Assembly (NCBI GenBank): GCA_036517195.1 | Contig: DATDXU010000002.1 | Location: forward strand, 20,635 to 84,634 | Length of the DNA stretch: 64,000 nucleotides | Direction: 5' to 3' | Source: Minisyncoccota bacterium | GTDB lineage: Bacteria; Patescibacteriota; Minisyncoccia; Phycocordibacterales; UBA2100 | In this document: positions 8,750 to 17,314 of the stretch, piece after piece | Position numbering within the stretch: the stretch's first letter is position 1 | Layout: every line of letters starts with the position of its first letter | Made by a program: the position numbers and the translations under genes | The notes under the pieces: model-generated | Seen by the model: only the letters and a program-made list of their open reading frames with translations | Database searches by the model: none | What the model was told of the DNA's origin: nothing

Positions 8750-10462
8750 TTATGTGGCGGGTTTTGAACGAATCATGAAACGTTCTATATCTTCATACGT
8801 TCCCCCGACTTTTTTGCCAGGATTGAAGACTCCGTGCGGGTCGCATATGTTTTTAACCTCGGCGAACAATTCCAACATGCGCGGAGAGAACATGAGTGAC
8901 AGATAAGGGGTGCGGATAATGCCGTCGCTGTGTTCTCCCGTGATAGAACCTTTGAAACGCGCGACGAGTTCATATACTTTCGGAGTAAGTTCACGTATCA
9001 CTGTTCTGTGTTCCGGGTTCGAGAGGTCTACCAGTGGAATGATATGGAAATTTGCGTCCCCGATGTGTCCCGCGATGGTGTAGATAATGTTGTATGTTGA
9101 AAGGAGTTTTGTTAACTCCGGCAAAAAACGCGGATAGTCATCTGGGTGCACGATGATGTCGTCTATAAAGGGGGACGCGCGGAGTCCTTTAAAGTTTTTG
9201 CGCAACAACGAGAAACTTTCCCGACGAATTTTCCAGTATTTTTTCGATTCCGTTTTTCCGAATGCTAGGCGCGCCTTGATATTGATATCGTTGAGCAAGT
9301 TTTTGGCGCTACGGGCAGCTTCCTGTGCATCCTCTAAAGAGTTTTCCGCAAATTCTGCAATGAGGACGAGTTTTGGCACGCCACCGGAGAGTGTCATCCA
9401 CACTTCTGGAAGAAATGCGAGCGCCAGCGCGAGCGCTTCTCGAAGCCTCAGGTGTTGCAAAAATTGCCATCCATAGCGCACCGCGAGTTTGAATGTGTGG
9501 TCGTCGTACGATTCGAATGCTTCAGGGTTGAATTTTAAAACACGATGTACTATGTCGGGCAGGGTAGTGAGGTCTTGTAGAAATATGACGAGCATTGCGC
9601 GCGCAGTTTTTGGTTCGACAAGGGCGAATTTCGCTTTCGTAATGAACGCGAGAGTGCCTTGCGAGCCGCAGATGAGTTTCGTGAGGTCAAATGTTTTTTG
9701 TTTCTTATCTATAACATCCCACAAGGCATAGCCGGCGGAATTTTTTGAAACACGCGGACGCGCGGATTCTATTACTTCTTTGTTCGTTTCCAGAAGGGTG
9801 TGCATTTTTCGGTATACCTCTCCTTCGAATGTGTGCAGGGATTTTTTTTGAGCGAGCTCGTGTTCGGTGAGCGGTTTTAATGTTGCAGATGAGCCATCTC
9901 CAAGAACGACATCAAGCTCTTGCACGTAGCGGTCTGTTTTTCCATAGCGGAGAGAAAGTTCACCTCCCGCGTTGTCTGCAATCATGCCCCCCATGGCGCA
10001 TATTTCACGCGACGCGGGGTACGAGGGAAGGATCATACCTGTTTTTTTGAGCACCTCACGCTCAAAGTCTCGGTAGTACATTCCCGGCTCAACAGTTGCC
10101 CCATTGTGACTGGCGTCGAGTAATGTATTCATGTGTTTTGTACAGACGGCGAGAATTGAACTGGTGAGCGGTCCCCCCGTCATATCCGTTCCTCCCGCGC
10201 GCGCTGTTAAAGAAACGGCATGCCCCCGCTCTTTTTCTTTCAGAATAAAACGTACGAGGGCGGCTACATCGGAAGCGTTTTTTGGGAATACCACAACCTC
10301 TGGGGTTTGTTCAAAAATGCTCGTGTCACGACTGTACTTTTTTCGTGTCTCTGTGTCATCGAGCACCTCACCTTCAATCTGTGAGGCAATGTGGTCGCGG
10401 AGGGAAGATGTCATAGTGATAAGTATATCCCCACACGAACCACATATTCGTTTTCTAAACAT
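8750..10462 (-). CDS. FAD-linked oxidase (FAD_binding_4/PCMH-type; glycolate oxidase GlcD / D-lactate dehydrogenase-like)
   Basis: FAD-binding motif ...SLTARAGGTDMTGGPL... and the full two-domain length. The true start may be the internal ATG at 10414 (MTSSLRDH...). Confidence 0.8.
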   Translation of the reverse strand: MFRKRICGSCGDILITMTSSLRDHIASQIEGEVLDDTETRKKYSRDTSIFEQTPEVVVFPKNASDVAALVRFILKEKERGHAVSLTARAGGTDMTGGPLTSSILAVCTKHMNTLLDASHNGATVEPGMYYRDFEREVLKKTGMILPSYPASREICAMGGMIADNAGGELSLRYGKTDRYVQELDVVLGDGSSATLKPLTEHELAQKKSLHTFEGEVYRKMHTLLETNKEVIESARPRVSKNSAGYALWDVIDKKQKTFDLTKLICGSQGTLAFITKAKFALVEPKTARAMLVIFLQDLTTLPDIVHRVLKFNPEAFESYDDHTFKLAVRYGWQFLQHLRLREALALALAFLPEVWMTLSGGVPKLVLIAEFAENSLEDAQEAARSAKNLLNDINIKARLAFGKTESKKYWKIRRESFSLLRKNFKGLRASPFIDDIIVHPDDYPRFLPELTKLLSTYNIIYTIAGHIGDANFHIIPLVDLSNPEHRTVIRELTPKVYELVARFKGSITGEHSDGIIRTPYLSLMFSPRMLELFAEVKNICDPHGVFNPGKKVGGTYEDIERFMIRSKPAT

Positions 10463-10509
10463 TCTTATACCACATCACAAAGGACGGTCTTTTTTGTATG
10501 CAAGTCTGA

Positions 10510-10534
10510 AATAACGACCCCGTAGGTCGTTATT
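10510..10534. repeat. small palindromic hairpin aataacgacc-ccgta-ggtcgttatt (member of the cgacc...ggtcg hairpin family)
   Basis: Inverted repeat read directly. It shares the core cgacc-N5-ggtcg with the hairpins at 11069-11097 and 23234-23262. Confidence 0.45.
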
Positions 10535-10628
10535 GTTGATGGATGGTATCAAGCCGTCGAACCATTACGAATCCTTGACAGATTGTATTATAATTTGCAT
10601 AATGTCTTTGGTGGTTCTAAGTTTTGTC

Positions 10629-10826
10629 ATGGAGGAGATGATGAAAGAGTCAACTCGCGGGAAAATTGTCGCAGTGAACGACAACGTCGTGTCCGTGAAA
10701 TTTGGGCGCGACATGTCGAATGAATCGCAGAGAACCGTATTCTATATTCCGCGAGAAGGGGTGGCAGAAATTCTACTAGATGTGTTTCCGGAAGGAATCA
10801 CACCGTCTCTCGCGAATAACAGGTAG
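10629..10826 (+). CDS. hypothetical small protein (65 aa)
   Basis: ORF starting MEEMMKESTRGKIVAVNDN..., with no recognisable motif. The coding call is weak. Confidence 0.3.
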   Translation: MEEMMKESTRGKIVAVNDNVVSVKFGRDMSNESQRTVFYIPREGVAEILLDVFPEGITPSLANNR

Positions 10827-10905
10827 AACCATATTGGACGCCCCTCTTCGGAGGGGTAATTTTTTTACTCGCGACGTAAGCAAAGCTTTCCGGCAGCGCT
10901 CATTC

Positions 10906-11097
10906 GGAAGCGGAAAAATTCATTTTTCCGCTTCACTCATTCTCTTGCCGGTAGAGTGAGCGATCCCGCAAGCTTGCGGGGATCCGAGCCCTGCCTGCGG
11001 CAGGCAGGCGAGGAGCGAGAAAGGTACAAGCCATGGGGCTTGCCCCCGCGTACCTTTACCAGTCATCAGGATGAGCGACCTCGTAGGTCGCTCATCC
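10906..11097. repeat. REP/BIME-like hairpin cluster (copy 2): five consecutive palindromes at 10906-10934, 10962-10984, 10988-11009, 11020-11057 and 11069-11097
   Basis: Sits between convergent genes. The palindrome gccctgcctgcggcaggcaggc, together with its flank, is a reverse-orientation copy of 61-96. The last hairpin carries the cgacctcgtaggtcg core. Confidence 0.55.
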
Positions 11098-11135
11098 TGC
11101 AAAAATCTTGAATGCTGATGGGGTAGGGCGTTTTT

Positions 11136-11897
11136 TTATTGAGAACACCGAGTGTTTAGTTTTTTAAGCACGATAATTGTTTCTTCGGGTCCGGAGACCT
11201 GTCGCGTTTGTATCCCCGTTGGAATAACAGCGGCGTCGTTGCCTCCTTCATACAGCGCGTCTCCGATAAACAACATGTCTTTTGTTTCGACACCGAGACG
11301 GTTTGCCAGATAGCGAATGCCGTATGCCTTATCAATGCCTTTTCGCGTCATTTCAACAGTTGTGGTGCCGCCTATATGCACCTCACAGTCGGGCAGCGCT
11401 ACTTGGAGTTTTTTGTGCAAAGGAATCCGTTTTTTCTGGTCTGGGTCCCACGCTTCTTTTTCGACAATCGGCGCGTCAATACCGAGACCCGCAAACGCAA
11501 TTGCGGCACCTCGGTCATCAATACGTGGCCCCCACGAAGGCAACCCTTCCACAATTTTTAAATCCTCAATAATTTTTTGGAGCACGGAGGTGATGTGGGT
11601 GCATTCGCCTCGCGTGAACGCGTGGTTGTATAAGGTTTCATCGGCTCCGCCATTCCACAGATGACACTCCGCGGCGGCATTTGGAAATACATAGAATGAC
11701 GCCGTGTCCGTTTTTGGGAGACGAGACAGGAAATTTTTGTGAAGAATTGGAAACGCGCTCCCAGACATAATTGCCGCTGTTGTTTTGCCCGCAAGTGCTA
11801 TGAACAATTCTGACACCGATGCCTCAATCGGTTGTCGGCTTTTTGAAAGGGTGCCGTCAAAGTCAAACACGACTGCTTTTGGACATGCGTTACCCAT
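11136..11897 (-). CDS. HAD-superfamily hydrolase (IIB/Cof- or phosphomannomutase-like)
   Basis: Motif I VVFDFDGTLS (DxDGT) near the N-terminus; C-terminal FIGDALYEGGNDAA (motif IV). Confidence 0.75.
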   Translation of the reverse strand: MGNACPKAVVFDFDGTLSKSRQPIEASVSELFIALAGKTTAAIMSGSAFPILHKNFLSRLPKTDTASFYVFPNAAAECHLWNGGADETLYNHAFTRGECTHITSVLQKIIEDLKIVEGLPSWGPRIDDRGAAIAFAGLGIDAPIVEKEAWDPDQKKRIPLHKKLQVALPDCEVHIGGTTTVEMTRKGIDKAYGIRYLANRLGVETKDMLFIGDALYEGGNDAAVIPTGIQTRQVSGPEETIIVLKKLNTRCSQ

Positions 11898-11981
11898 GCA
11901 TACAAATATAGCACCATGTATTCTTTAAAAATTTTGCCCCCGCGTAAGCGGGGGCATGCGTGACTTTTTATAGCGTCGTTT

Positions 11982-12416
11982 CTATTTCTGTGTCTTTCTG
12001 TTTATCCAGCGGTATATAATCACCGCGCCTCCAACGGGATAACCGATTACAGGCATGCTGACAAGAAAAAGAATTCCGAAGTGTTCTTTATCGCCGTATA
12101 TTTGCGCAACAGCCGCTGTAATTACAGAAAAGACAGCGCAGAATACAACGGCGAGTAACACGAACGCCATCTGCCCGTGTGTTGTGCTCATCGCGAACAA
12201 GAGTAGCGGCAGTCCAAGTGAGGGAAGTCCACAGGATGCGATGTATCCACCGTGGGTGTGTGCCAAAATCACTATGCACGCCACGGATACGAACGCCATT
12301 ACACTCGCCACACGTGTCCACACATGCGCGTCTGGCGTTACATAGTCGTACGCGATTCCTCCCGCGAGGTTTTGCAAGAGGAATATTACCAGTCCCACCA
12401 ATCCGATTGCGCCCAC
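11982..12416 (-). CDS. hypothetical 4-TM membrane protein
   Basis: Four hydrophobic helices. GTG start at 12416 preceded by an aggag SD. Confidence 0.55.
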   Translation of the reverse strand: MGAIGLVGLVIFLLQNLAGGIAYDYVTPDAHVWTRVASVMAFVSVACIVILAHTHGGYIASCGLPSLGLPLLLFAMSTTHGQMAFVLLAVVFCAVFSVITAAVAQIYGDKEHFGILFLVSMPVIGYPVGGAVIIYRWINRKTQK

Positions 12417-12533
12417 GTGTTACTCCTATTCAACCTGTGCCTGCGTGTCATCTTAACAGACGATCTCTTTTACCCCCAGCAAACGCGCACCCCAGAGGTC
12501 CGACCTCGGGGGTGTCGTCCTTTTTGGGGCGTG

Positions 12534-12562
12534 TTGACAGGGTTCCGCCACTGGTGTATGGT
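12534..12562 (+). promoter_or_regulatory. sigma70-type promoter TTGACA-17-TATGGT
   Basis: Consensus -35 at 12534-12539, a 17-nt spacer, and -10 at 12557-12562. It lies upstream of the ORF at 12615. Confidence 0.5.
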
Positions 12563-12614
12563 GATTTTGGAAATAAACCTATGGAAAAGTGCCAAGTGGC
12601 ACAAGGAGCATGAG

Positions 12615-12932
12615 ATGCCGTTGATGCCAGATCCTCCGATGCCGTCCCGCTGGAAAAGGAATGTACAGAAAGATCGCAGTTTGAATTGGAAATCCTGCGA
12701 GTGTGGCTGTCATGGGAGGTCCGCGAAAGTTGGCTCTCGGGAGTATTGGATGGACGAAAACGAAATGCTTAGTGGTCGTTACGTTCTGCACCTTGGCCAC
12801 GGCTGGCTCGCTCCGCGCATGGGAACATACACCTCTTTTGAGGTGGCGAATCAAGAAATCTTGAAAGATGCGAAACCAGAGCTCGAAGTCCTGCGCGCAC
12901 AACTAAGGGAGGCCGAACGAATTCTCGGCTAA
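12615..12932 (+). CDS. hypothetical protein (105 aa)
   Basis: ATG with an aaggag SD, an upstream promoter and a downstream terminator. No recognisable motif. The longer ORF from 12252 is antisense to the membrane gene and was rejected. Confidence 0.45.
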   Translation: MPLMPDPPMPSRWKRNVQKDRSLNWKSCECGCHGRSAKVGSREYWMDENEMLSGRYVLHLGHGWLAPRMGTYTSFEVANQEILKDAKPELEVLRAQLREAERILG

Positions 12933-12954
12933 CACACTCCAAGTCATTTCATTT

Positions 12955-12982
12955 CCCCGCCACACAAAGGCGGGGTGTTTTT
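12955..12982. terminator. bidirectional terminator hairpin ccccgcc-acacaaa-ggcgggg + T-run
   Basis: Lies between convergent genes 12615-12932 and dedA. Confidence 0.55.
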
Positions 12983-13604
12983 ATAGTAAAGGAGGTGGCG
13001 GGGGCGTTTGAGTTGCACGGTTATGTTTCCACCACTCATGTAGCAGGGGCATACAACTAACGACAACAATGAGGAGAACAATCAGTATGATGTAGCGCTC
13101 TATGCCCGGCACGACTTCTCCAAGGAAGTACCCCCCAAATGTGAACCCTCCGCCCCAGAGCACTGCTCCCGCAACGTTGTAGAGAAAGAATGTTCTGTAT
13201 TCCATTCCGCCGATACCTGCGAGAATGGGAGCGAATGTGCGCACAATCGGGACAAAGCGGGAAAAAAGAATTGTACGTGTTCCATATTTTTCATAAAAAT
13301 GTTTCGTTTTTTCCAGATATTGCTTTTTGAAAAAACGGGAATCTTCCCGAGCGAATAGTTTTGGCCCTACCCATGCGCCGAACCAATATCCTACAGCGTC
13401 TCCCGCGATTGCCGCAGTTATGATGAGCGGGAGCAGTATCCCTATATTAAAAAATCCTTGTGAGGCGAGAAGTCCTGCCGTAAAAAGGAGAGACGCTCCG
13501 GGCAAGATGGGTGCAAAAAATACTCCGGACTCCGCGAATACGACGGTGAAAATTCCCGTATATCCGATTGCTTGCGCGAGAAGAATAATGTCAATTCCAA
13601 ACAT
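12981..13604 (-). CDS. DedA/SNARE-associated family membrane protein
   Basis: Typical DedA motifs (FFAPILPGASLLFTAGLLAS ... FSRFVPIVRTFAP) with multiple TM helices. Confidence 0.85.
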   Translation of the reverse strand: MFGIDIILLAQAIGYTGIFTVVFAESGVFFAPILPGASLLFTAGLLASQGFFNIGILLPLIITAAIAGDAVGYWFGAWVGPKLFAREDSRFFKKQYLEKTKHFYEKYGTRTILFSRFVPIVRTFAPILAGIGGMEYRTFFLYNVAGAVLWGGGFTFGGYFLGEVVPGIERYIILIVLLIVVVSCMPLLHEWWKHNRATQTPPPPPLL

Positions 13605-13606
13605 AC

Positions 13607-14869
13607 TTATATAAAAGAGTTGGGGATAGGGAACGCTTTGCAGAGTGCCCTCACTTCTTCACGAATATCACCCAATTTTTTGCTGTCAGTGCGATTGTTG
13701 AGTGCCTCCACCATGAGTTCGGCAACACGGGCGCATTCTTTCTCACCGAATCCTCGTGTGGTGATGGCGGGAGTGCCGAATCGGATGCCGGACGGATCCA
13801 TTGGTTTTCTAGTGTCGTCCGCGATTGCGTTTTTGTTGAGCGTGATGCCCACGCGGTCGAGCACTTCCTCTGCCTCTTTGCCGCTGATACTAAGCGAGCT
13901 GAAAACATCCGCAAGTATCAAGTGGTTTGAAGTGCCACCCGTCAGCATGCGTATGTTGTGCTTGTGAAATACGGCTTCCATCGCCTTTGCATTTTTTAGA
14001 ATCTGCGAGGCGTATACCTTGAACGACGGATGGAGAGCTTCTCCAAAACACACAGCGCGCGCGGCGATTGCGTGCATTAAAGGTCCGCCTTGGAATCCGG
14101 GGAACACGGCTTTATCAATTTTCTTCGCTATGTCCTCGTTCTTATGCGTCAAAATCATGCCACCCCTGGGGCCGCGGAGTGTTTTGTGGGTGGTGGTAGT
14201 CATAACATCAAATCCATAGTCAAAAGGATTTTGTACCGCGTGTCCCGCAATAAGGCCCGCAATGTGTGCCACGTCCATAACAGCGTACGCGCCAACTTCG
14301 CGAGCGATTGCAACGAATTTTTTGTAGTCAAGTTCGCGCGGGTATGCGGAGTAGCCAGCGAGAATAATTTTTGGTTTGGTGCGTTTCGCAACAGCGCGCA
14401 TTTCTTCGTAATCAATTTCACCCGTGTCCGGATTTTTCATTTTGTATCGCACAAAAGTGAAAATTTTGGTGAGGTAAGTGACGGGGTGTCCATGAGTTAA
14501 GTGTCCGCCGTGCGAAAGGTCCATTCCCAACACCGTGTCGCCGGGGGAGAGAAGTGCAAAATACATAGCGATGTTTGCGTTGGCACCTGCGTGTGGTTGA
14601 ACATTGGCAAACGAGGCGCTAAAGAGTTTCTTGGCTCGTTCAATTGCAATTGTTTCTACGGCGTCCGTGTATTCTTGACCGCCATAATAGCGTTTGCCCG
14701 GATATCCTTCGGCGTATTTGTTGGTGAGAATTGAGGCAGTTGCTTCTCGGACGGCACGCGACACATAATTTTCAGAAGGAATGAGCTCCAGCCCATCGCG
14801 TTCACGCACCTCTTCTCCCTCAAGCGCTTCAAAAATTTCTCTGTCCTGTTTTTTAATGTGTTCGTACAT
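13607..14869 (-). CDS. glyA: serine hydroxymethyltransferase
   Basis: N-terminal MYEHIKKQDREIFEALEGE...LELIPSENYVS. The PLP-lysine region ...TTTTHKTLRGPRGG... is typical SHMT. Confidence 0.95.
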   Translation of the reverse strand: MYEHIKKQDREIFEALEGEEVRERDGLELIPSENYVSRAVREATASILTNKYAEGYPGKRYYGGQEYTDAVETIAIERAKKLFSASFANVQPHAGANANIAMYFALLSPGDTVLGMDLSHGGHLTHGHPVTYLTKIFTFVRYKMKNPDTGEIDYEEMRAVAKRTKPKIILAGYSAYPRELDYKKFVAIAREVGAYAVMDVAHIAGLIAGHAVQNPFDYGFDVMTTTTHKTLRGPRGGMILTHKNEDIAKKIDKAVFPGFQGGPLMHAIAARAVCFGEALHPSFKVYASQILKNAKAMEAVFHKHNIRMLTGGTSNHLILADVFSSLSISGKEAEEVLDRVGITLNKNAIADDTRKPMDPSGIRFGTPAITTRGFGEKECARVAELMVEALNNRTDSKKLGDIREEVRALCKAFPIPNSFI

Positions 14870-14872
14870 AGG

Positions 14873-15553
14873 TTATATTATTTTTCGTACTGCTCGGTAT
14901 ACCGCTTCGTGTATTGTGTCTCTCGACAGCACACCCCGCGTGTCAAAACAGGTTATTTTTTTCCATTGTGGGTTTTTGCGCAATAGACGCAGTGCGGCGT
15001 TTTGTGCCTCCGCAAGATGTTTTTGGTTTCGCTCCGCGAGGTCAAGAGTTTTTCGCGCGTTGGTGCGTTTTCTGTTGTTCAACAGAGATGTTGAAAGGCG
15101 GACGGGGAGGTGAAGGTAGAGGACGAGAGAGGGGCGAGGAATGCCAAGCGCTCCATGTTCCAGACGGTCGAGCCATGCAAAAAACCGTGCTCGCTCACGA
15201 GGATTTTTAATTTTTCCACCCTGATGCATTTGGTTGGCGCTCACATAGCGGTCCAAGACGACCGTGTATCCGGAAGAGAGCCACTGATCGAGCGGTTTCT
15301 TTGATTCAAAACGGTCCCCGGCGTAGAGAATGGATGCAAGATGGGGGTCGAGTGCGATAAAATTTCCAAACTCCCCAGCAAGGCATCGGCGCAATAGTCT
15401 GCCGAAAAAATTTTTTTCGTACTGCGGAAAGTCCATCGTTTTAACGCGAATCCCTTCTTTTTTGAGCCGTGTCACAAGAAGCTCTGTTTGTGTGCGTTTT
15501 CCGACTCCATCCGAGCCGTCCAAGACAATAAGTTTTCCCTTTTGTTGCACCAT
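14873..15553 (-). CDS. tmk: thymidylate kinase (dTMP kinase)
   Basis: P-loop LIVLDGSDGVGKRTQ. The gene is about 225 aa and adjacent to glyA and dedA, all on the minus strand. Confidence 0.85.
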   Translation of the reverse strand: MVQQKGKLIVLDGSDGVGKRTQTELLVTRLKKEGIRVKTMDFPQYEKNFFGRLLRRCLAGEFGNFIALDPHLASILYAGDRFESKKPLDQWLSSGYTVVLDRYVSANQMHQGGKIKNPRERARFFAWLDRLEHGALGIPRPSLVLYLHLPVRLSTSLLNNRKRTNARKTLDLAERNQKHLAEAQNAALRLLRKNPQWKKITCFDTRGVLSRDTIHEAVYRAVRKII

Positions 15554-15643
15554 ATAATTTTTCCAATTGTACTATGCCTTGCGAAAGTTACACACATCAC
15601 GCATTGTGTATCTCAGTTCAAACTGTGGAATTGGGTGGCGGGC

Positions 15644-16069
15644 ATGTCACTGGGCTCTGGTCTTACGCCGAAGGAGAGGGTAAAGAAAGCGTTGCGGTCC
15701 GTTTCTGCTTGTGCACCGAGGGCGGCGGCGGATTTGGATTCTAAACGCAAGAGAACCAAAGTGTTTAAACGCGGATGCGTTCAATACATTCAGTCTCTTG
15801 ACCGTGTTGGGAAAAAGATTGATCGCGAAATCGTGCGTGCCATACGGAAAGGGACATCCGACCTTTTCATTACGGTAGATTTTGAATTACGATTGCTTTT
15901 TGAATTACCGAGCTCGGTCAAATATACGATACCTCCAAGAGTCCAACCGACACTTCAGGAGCGAGTGTTGGGGCGCTGGATAAAGAAGCGTTACAAAGGT
16001 CTTGTGAAGTTTTATCGGAGGAATATTGATGGGGAACAGGTGACTCCAATGCGCATTTCTTGGCATTGA
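15644..16069 (+). CDS. hypothetical small basic protein, paralog A (141 aa)
   Basis: Aligns along its whole length with the next gene: LTPKERVKKALRSV vs LTPKQKLKAAASVV, KVFKRGCVQY vs KIFERVCEQY, and RVLGRWIKKRYKGLVKF vs RVLDPWVKSRYEGSVEF. Confidence 0.55.
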   Translation: MSLGSGLTPKERVKKALRSVSACAPRAAADLDSKRKRTKVFKRGCVQYIQSLDRVGKKIDREIVRAIRKGTSDLFITVDFELRLLFELPSSVKYTIPPRVQPTLQERVLGRWIKKRYKGLVKFYRRNIDGEQVTPMRISWH

Positions 16070-16088
16070 ACGCAACGTCCCCTATACT
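16060..16088 (+). promoter_or_regulatory. putative sigma70 promoter TTGGCA-17-TATACT for paralog B
   Basis: Overlaps the 3' end of paralog A, about 30 nt upstream of the ATG at 16120. Confidence 0.35.
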
Positions 16089-16119
16089 TAGTAGCAGTTG
16101 AATTTTTCGGAGGCGCATA

Positions 16120-16539
16120 ATGACTGACAAGCCACTTACGCCCAAACAGAAGTTAAAGGCAGCTGCCAGCGTCGTTAAGGAGCATCAAGAACAAGAAAGG
16201 CGTGCCAGAAAAAAAATTTTTGAACGGGTATGCGAACAGTACACGAAGCACTTGAATGACAACGCTGATGCAATTGACAACGAGCTTCAGGATTACATCA
16301 AGCGAGTGAGATTTCATATTCAGGTAGGGCGATCCGATATACTGCGGATTCCAGACGCCATTGAAAATCTTCTTGTGGGCACTGGAGTGAGGAAGGGGGA
16401 GGTATACAAAAGAGTTTTGGATCCATGGGTGAAGAGTCGTTATGAGGGGAGTGTCGAATTTCGCACACCCTCGCTTGACACACTCGGGGATATGCCAGAG
16501 CTTGTATTGAAAACGGACATCATGAATGGGGCGCGCTAA
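16120..16539 (+). CDS. hypothetical small basic protein, paralog B (139 aa)
   Basis: Good SD (ggaggcgcataATG). Paralogous to 15644-16069. Confidence 0.6.
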   Translation: MTDKPLTPKQKLKAAASVVKEHQEQERRARKKIFERVCEQYTKHLNDNADAIDNELQDYIKRVRFHIQVGRSDILRIPDAIENLLVGTGVRKGEVYKRVLDPWVKSRYEGSVEFRTPSLDTLGDMPELVLKTDIMNGAR

Positions 16540-16585
16540 CGGGTGCGCCTCTTTCTTTTTACTATCCACAGGAAGAGGCATCCGT

Positions 16586-17293
16586 ATGCTCTTTGCGCGG
16601 GAGGATAATGAGGATATGGCACTTTCGGATAGAAAAGTTCTTGCGAGCATGGACGATGGGTCTATCGTCATTGAACCGTTTGATAGGAGGAATCTTTCAA
16701 CATCAAGTTACGATGTAACGCTCGGCGAATATTATTTTACCGAGCAACACCCGAAACATTTTGAAAATTTATACAATATTTACGACAAATCACACGTGGA
16801 AAGGGTGTGGGGGACGGAGGCGCGCCGAGCGAAGAAGGCGGAGGAAGTATTGAAGAGATACACCATGAACTGGCGGGGCATTACGCCAGAGGAAAAGATA
16901 ATCTTGCTTGCTCCGGGGGAGACGATTTTGGCTCACACAAACGAATTTATCGGCGGGCGCGAGCACATAACGACGATGATGAAGGCGCGCTCATCTTTAG
17001 GGCGCAGTTTTATTTCTGTGTGCAAGTGCGCGGGGTGGGGGGACGTGGGGTACATCAACCGCTGGACCATGGAAATTAGTAATGTGTCCACACGCTACTA
17101 CATTCCGCTCGTTGTGGGGCGGCGTATTGCGCAAATTGTTTTTTTTGAAACTGGTCCAATTATGAATGCCGATTACGGAAAGAGTGGTAAATATCAATCT
17201 GAAGGAACGCTCGCGCAGGTGAAAAAAGAGTGGGTTCCCACCCTCATGCTTCCGCGCCTCTACCTTGACCGTGACATTAAGAAGAAAAAATAA
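16586..17293 (+). CDS. dCTP deaminase family protein (Dcd/dUTPase-fold) with an internal insertion
   Basis: N-terminal LSDRKVLASMDDGSIVIEPFD...SSYDVTLG matches Dcd (LSDRDI...IxPfd...ASYDLrLG). The catalytic region ARSSLGRS...WTMEISN is equivalent to Dcd Ser/Arg/Glu. The ATG at 16586 has an aggaag SD. Confidence 0.75.
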   Translation: MLFAREDNEDMALSDRKVLASMDDGSIVIEPFDRRNLSTSSYDVTLGEYYFTEQHPKHFENLYNIYDKSHVERVWGTEARRAKKAEEVLKRYTMNWRGITPEEKIILLAPGETILAHTNEFIGGREHITTMMKARSSLGRSFISVCKCAGWGDVGYINRWTMEISNVSTRYYIPLVVGRRIAQIVFFETGPIMNADYGKSGKYQSEGTLAQVKKEWVPTLMLPRLYLDRDIKKKK

Positions 17294-17314
17294 CACAGGG
17301 CTCAACTGCGTTGT

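Noticed and set aside
12252-12614. 5' extension of the 12615-12932 ORF back to 12252
   Set aside because: It would run antisense through the 11982-12416 membrane gene and across a promoter. The internal ATG at 12615 has an aaggag SD and sits just downstream of TTGACA-17-TATGGT.
15488-15643. Upstream extension of paralog A to 15488
   Set aside because: It would overlap the divergent tmk start and promoter region; the internal ATG at 15644 is the first plausible start.
16153-16671. 172-aa minus-strand ORF antisense to paralog B and the start of the dcd-like gene
   Set aside because: Antisense to two well-supported plus-strand genes; no start signals.
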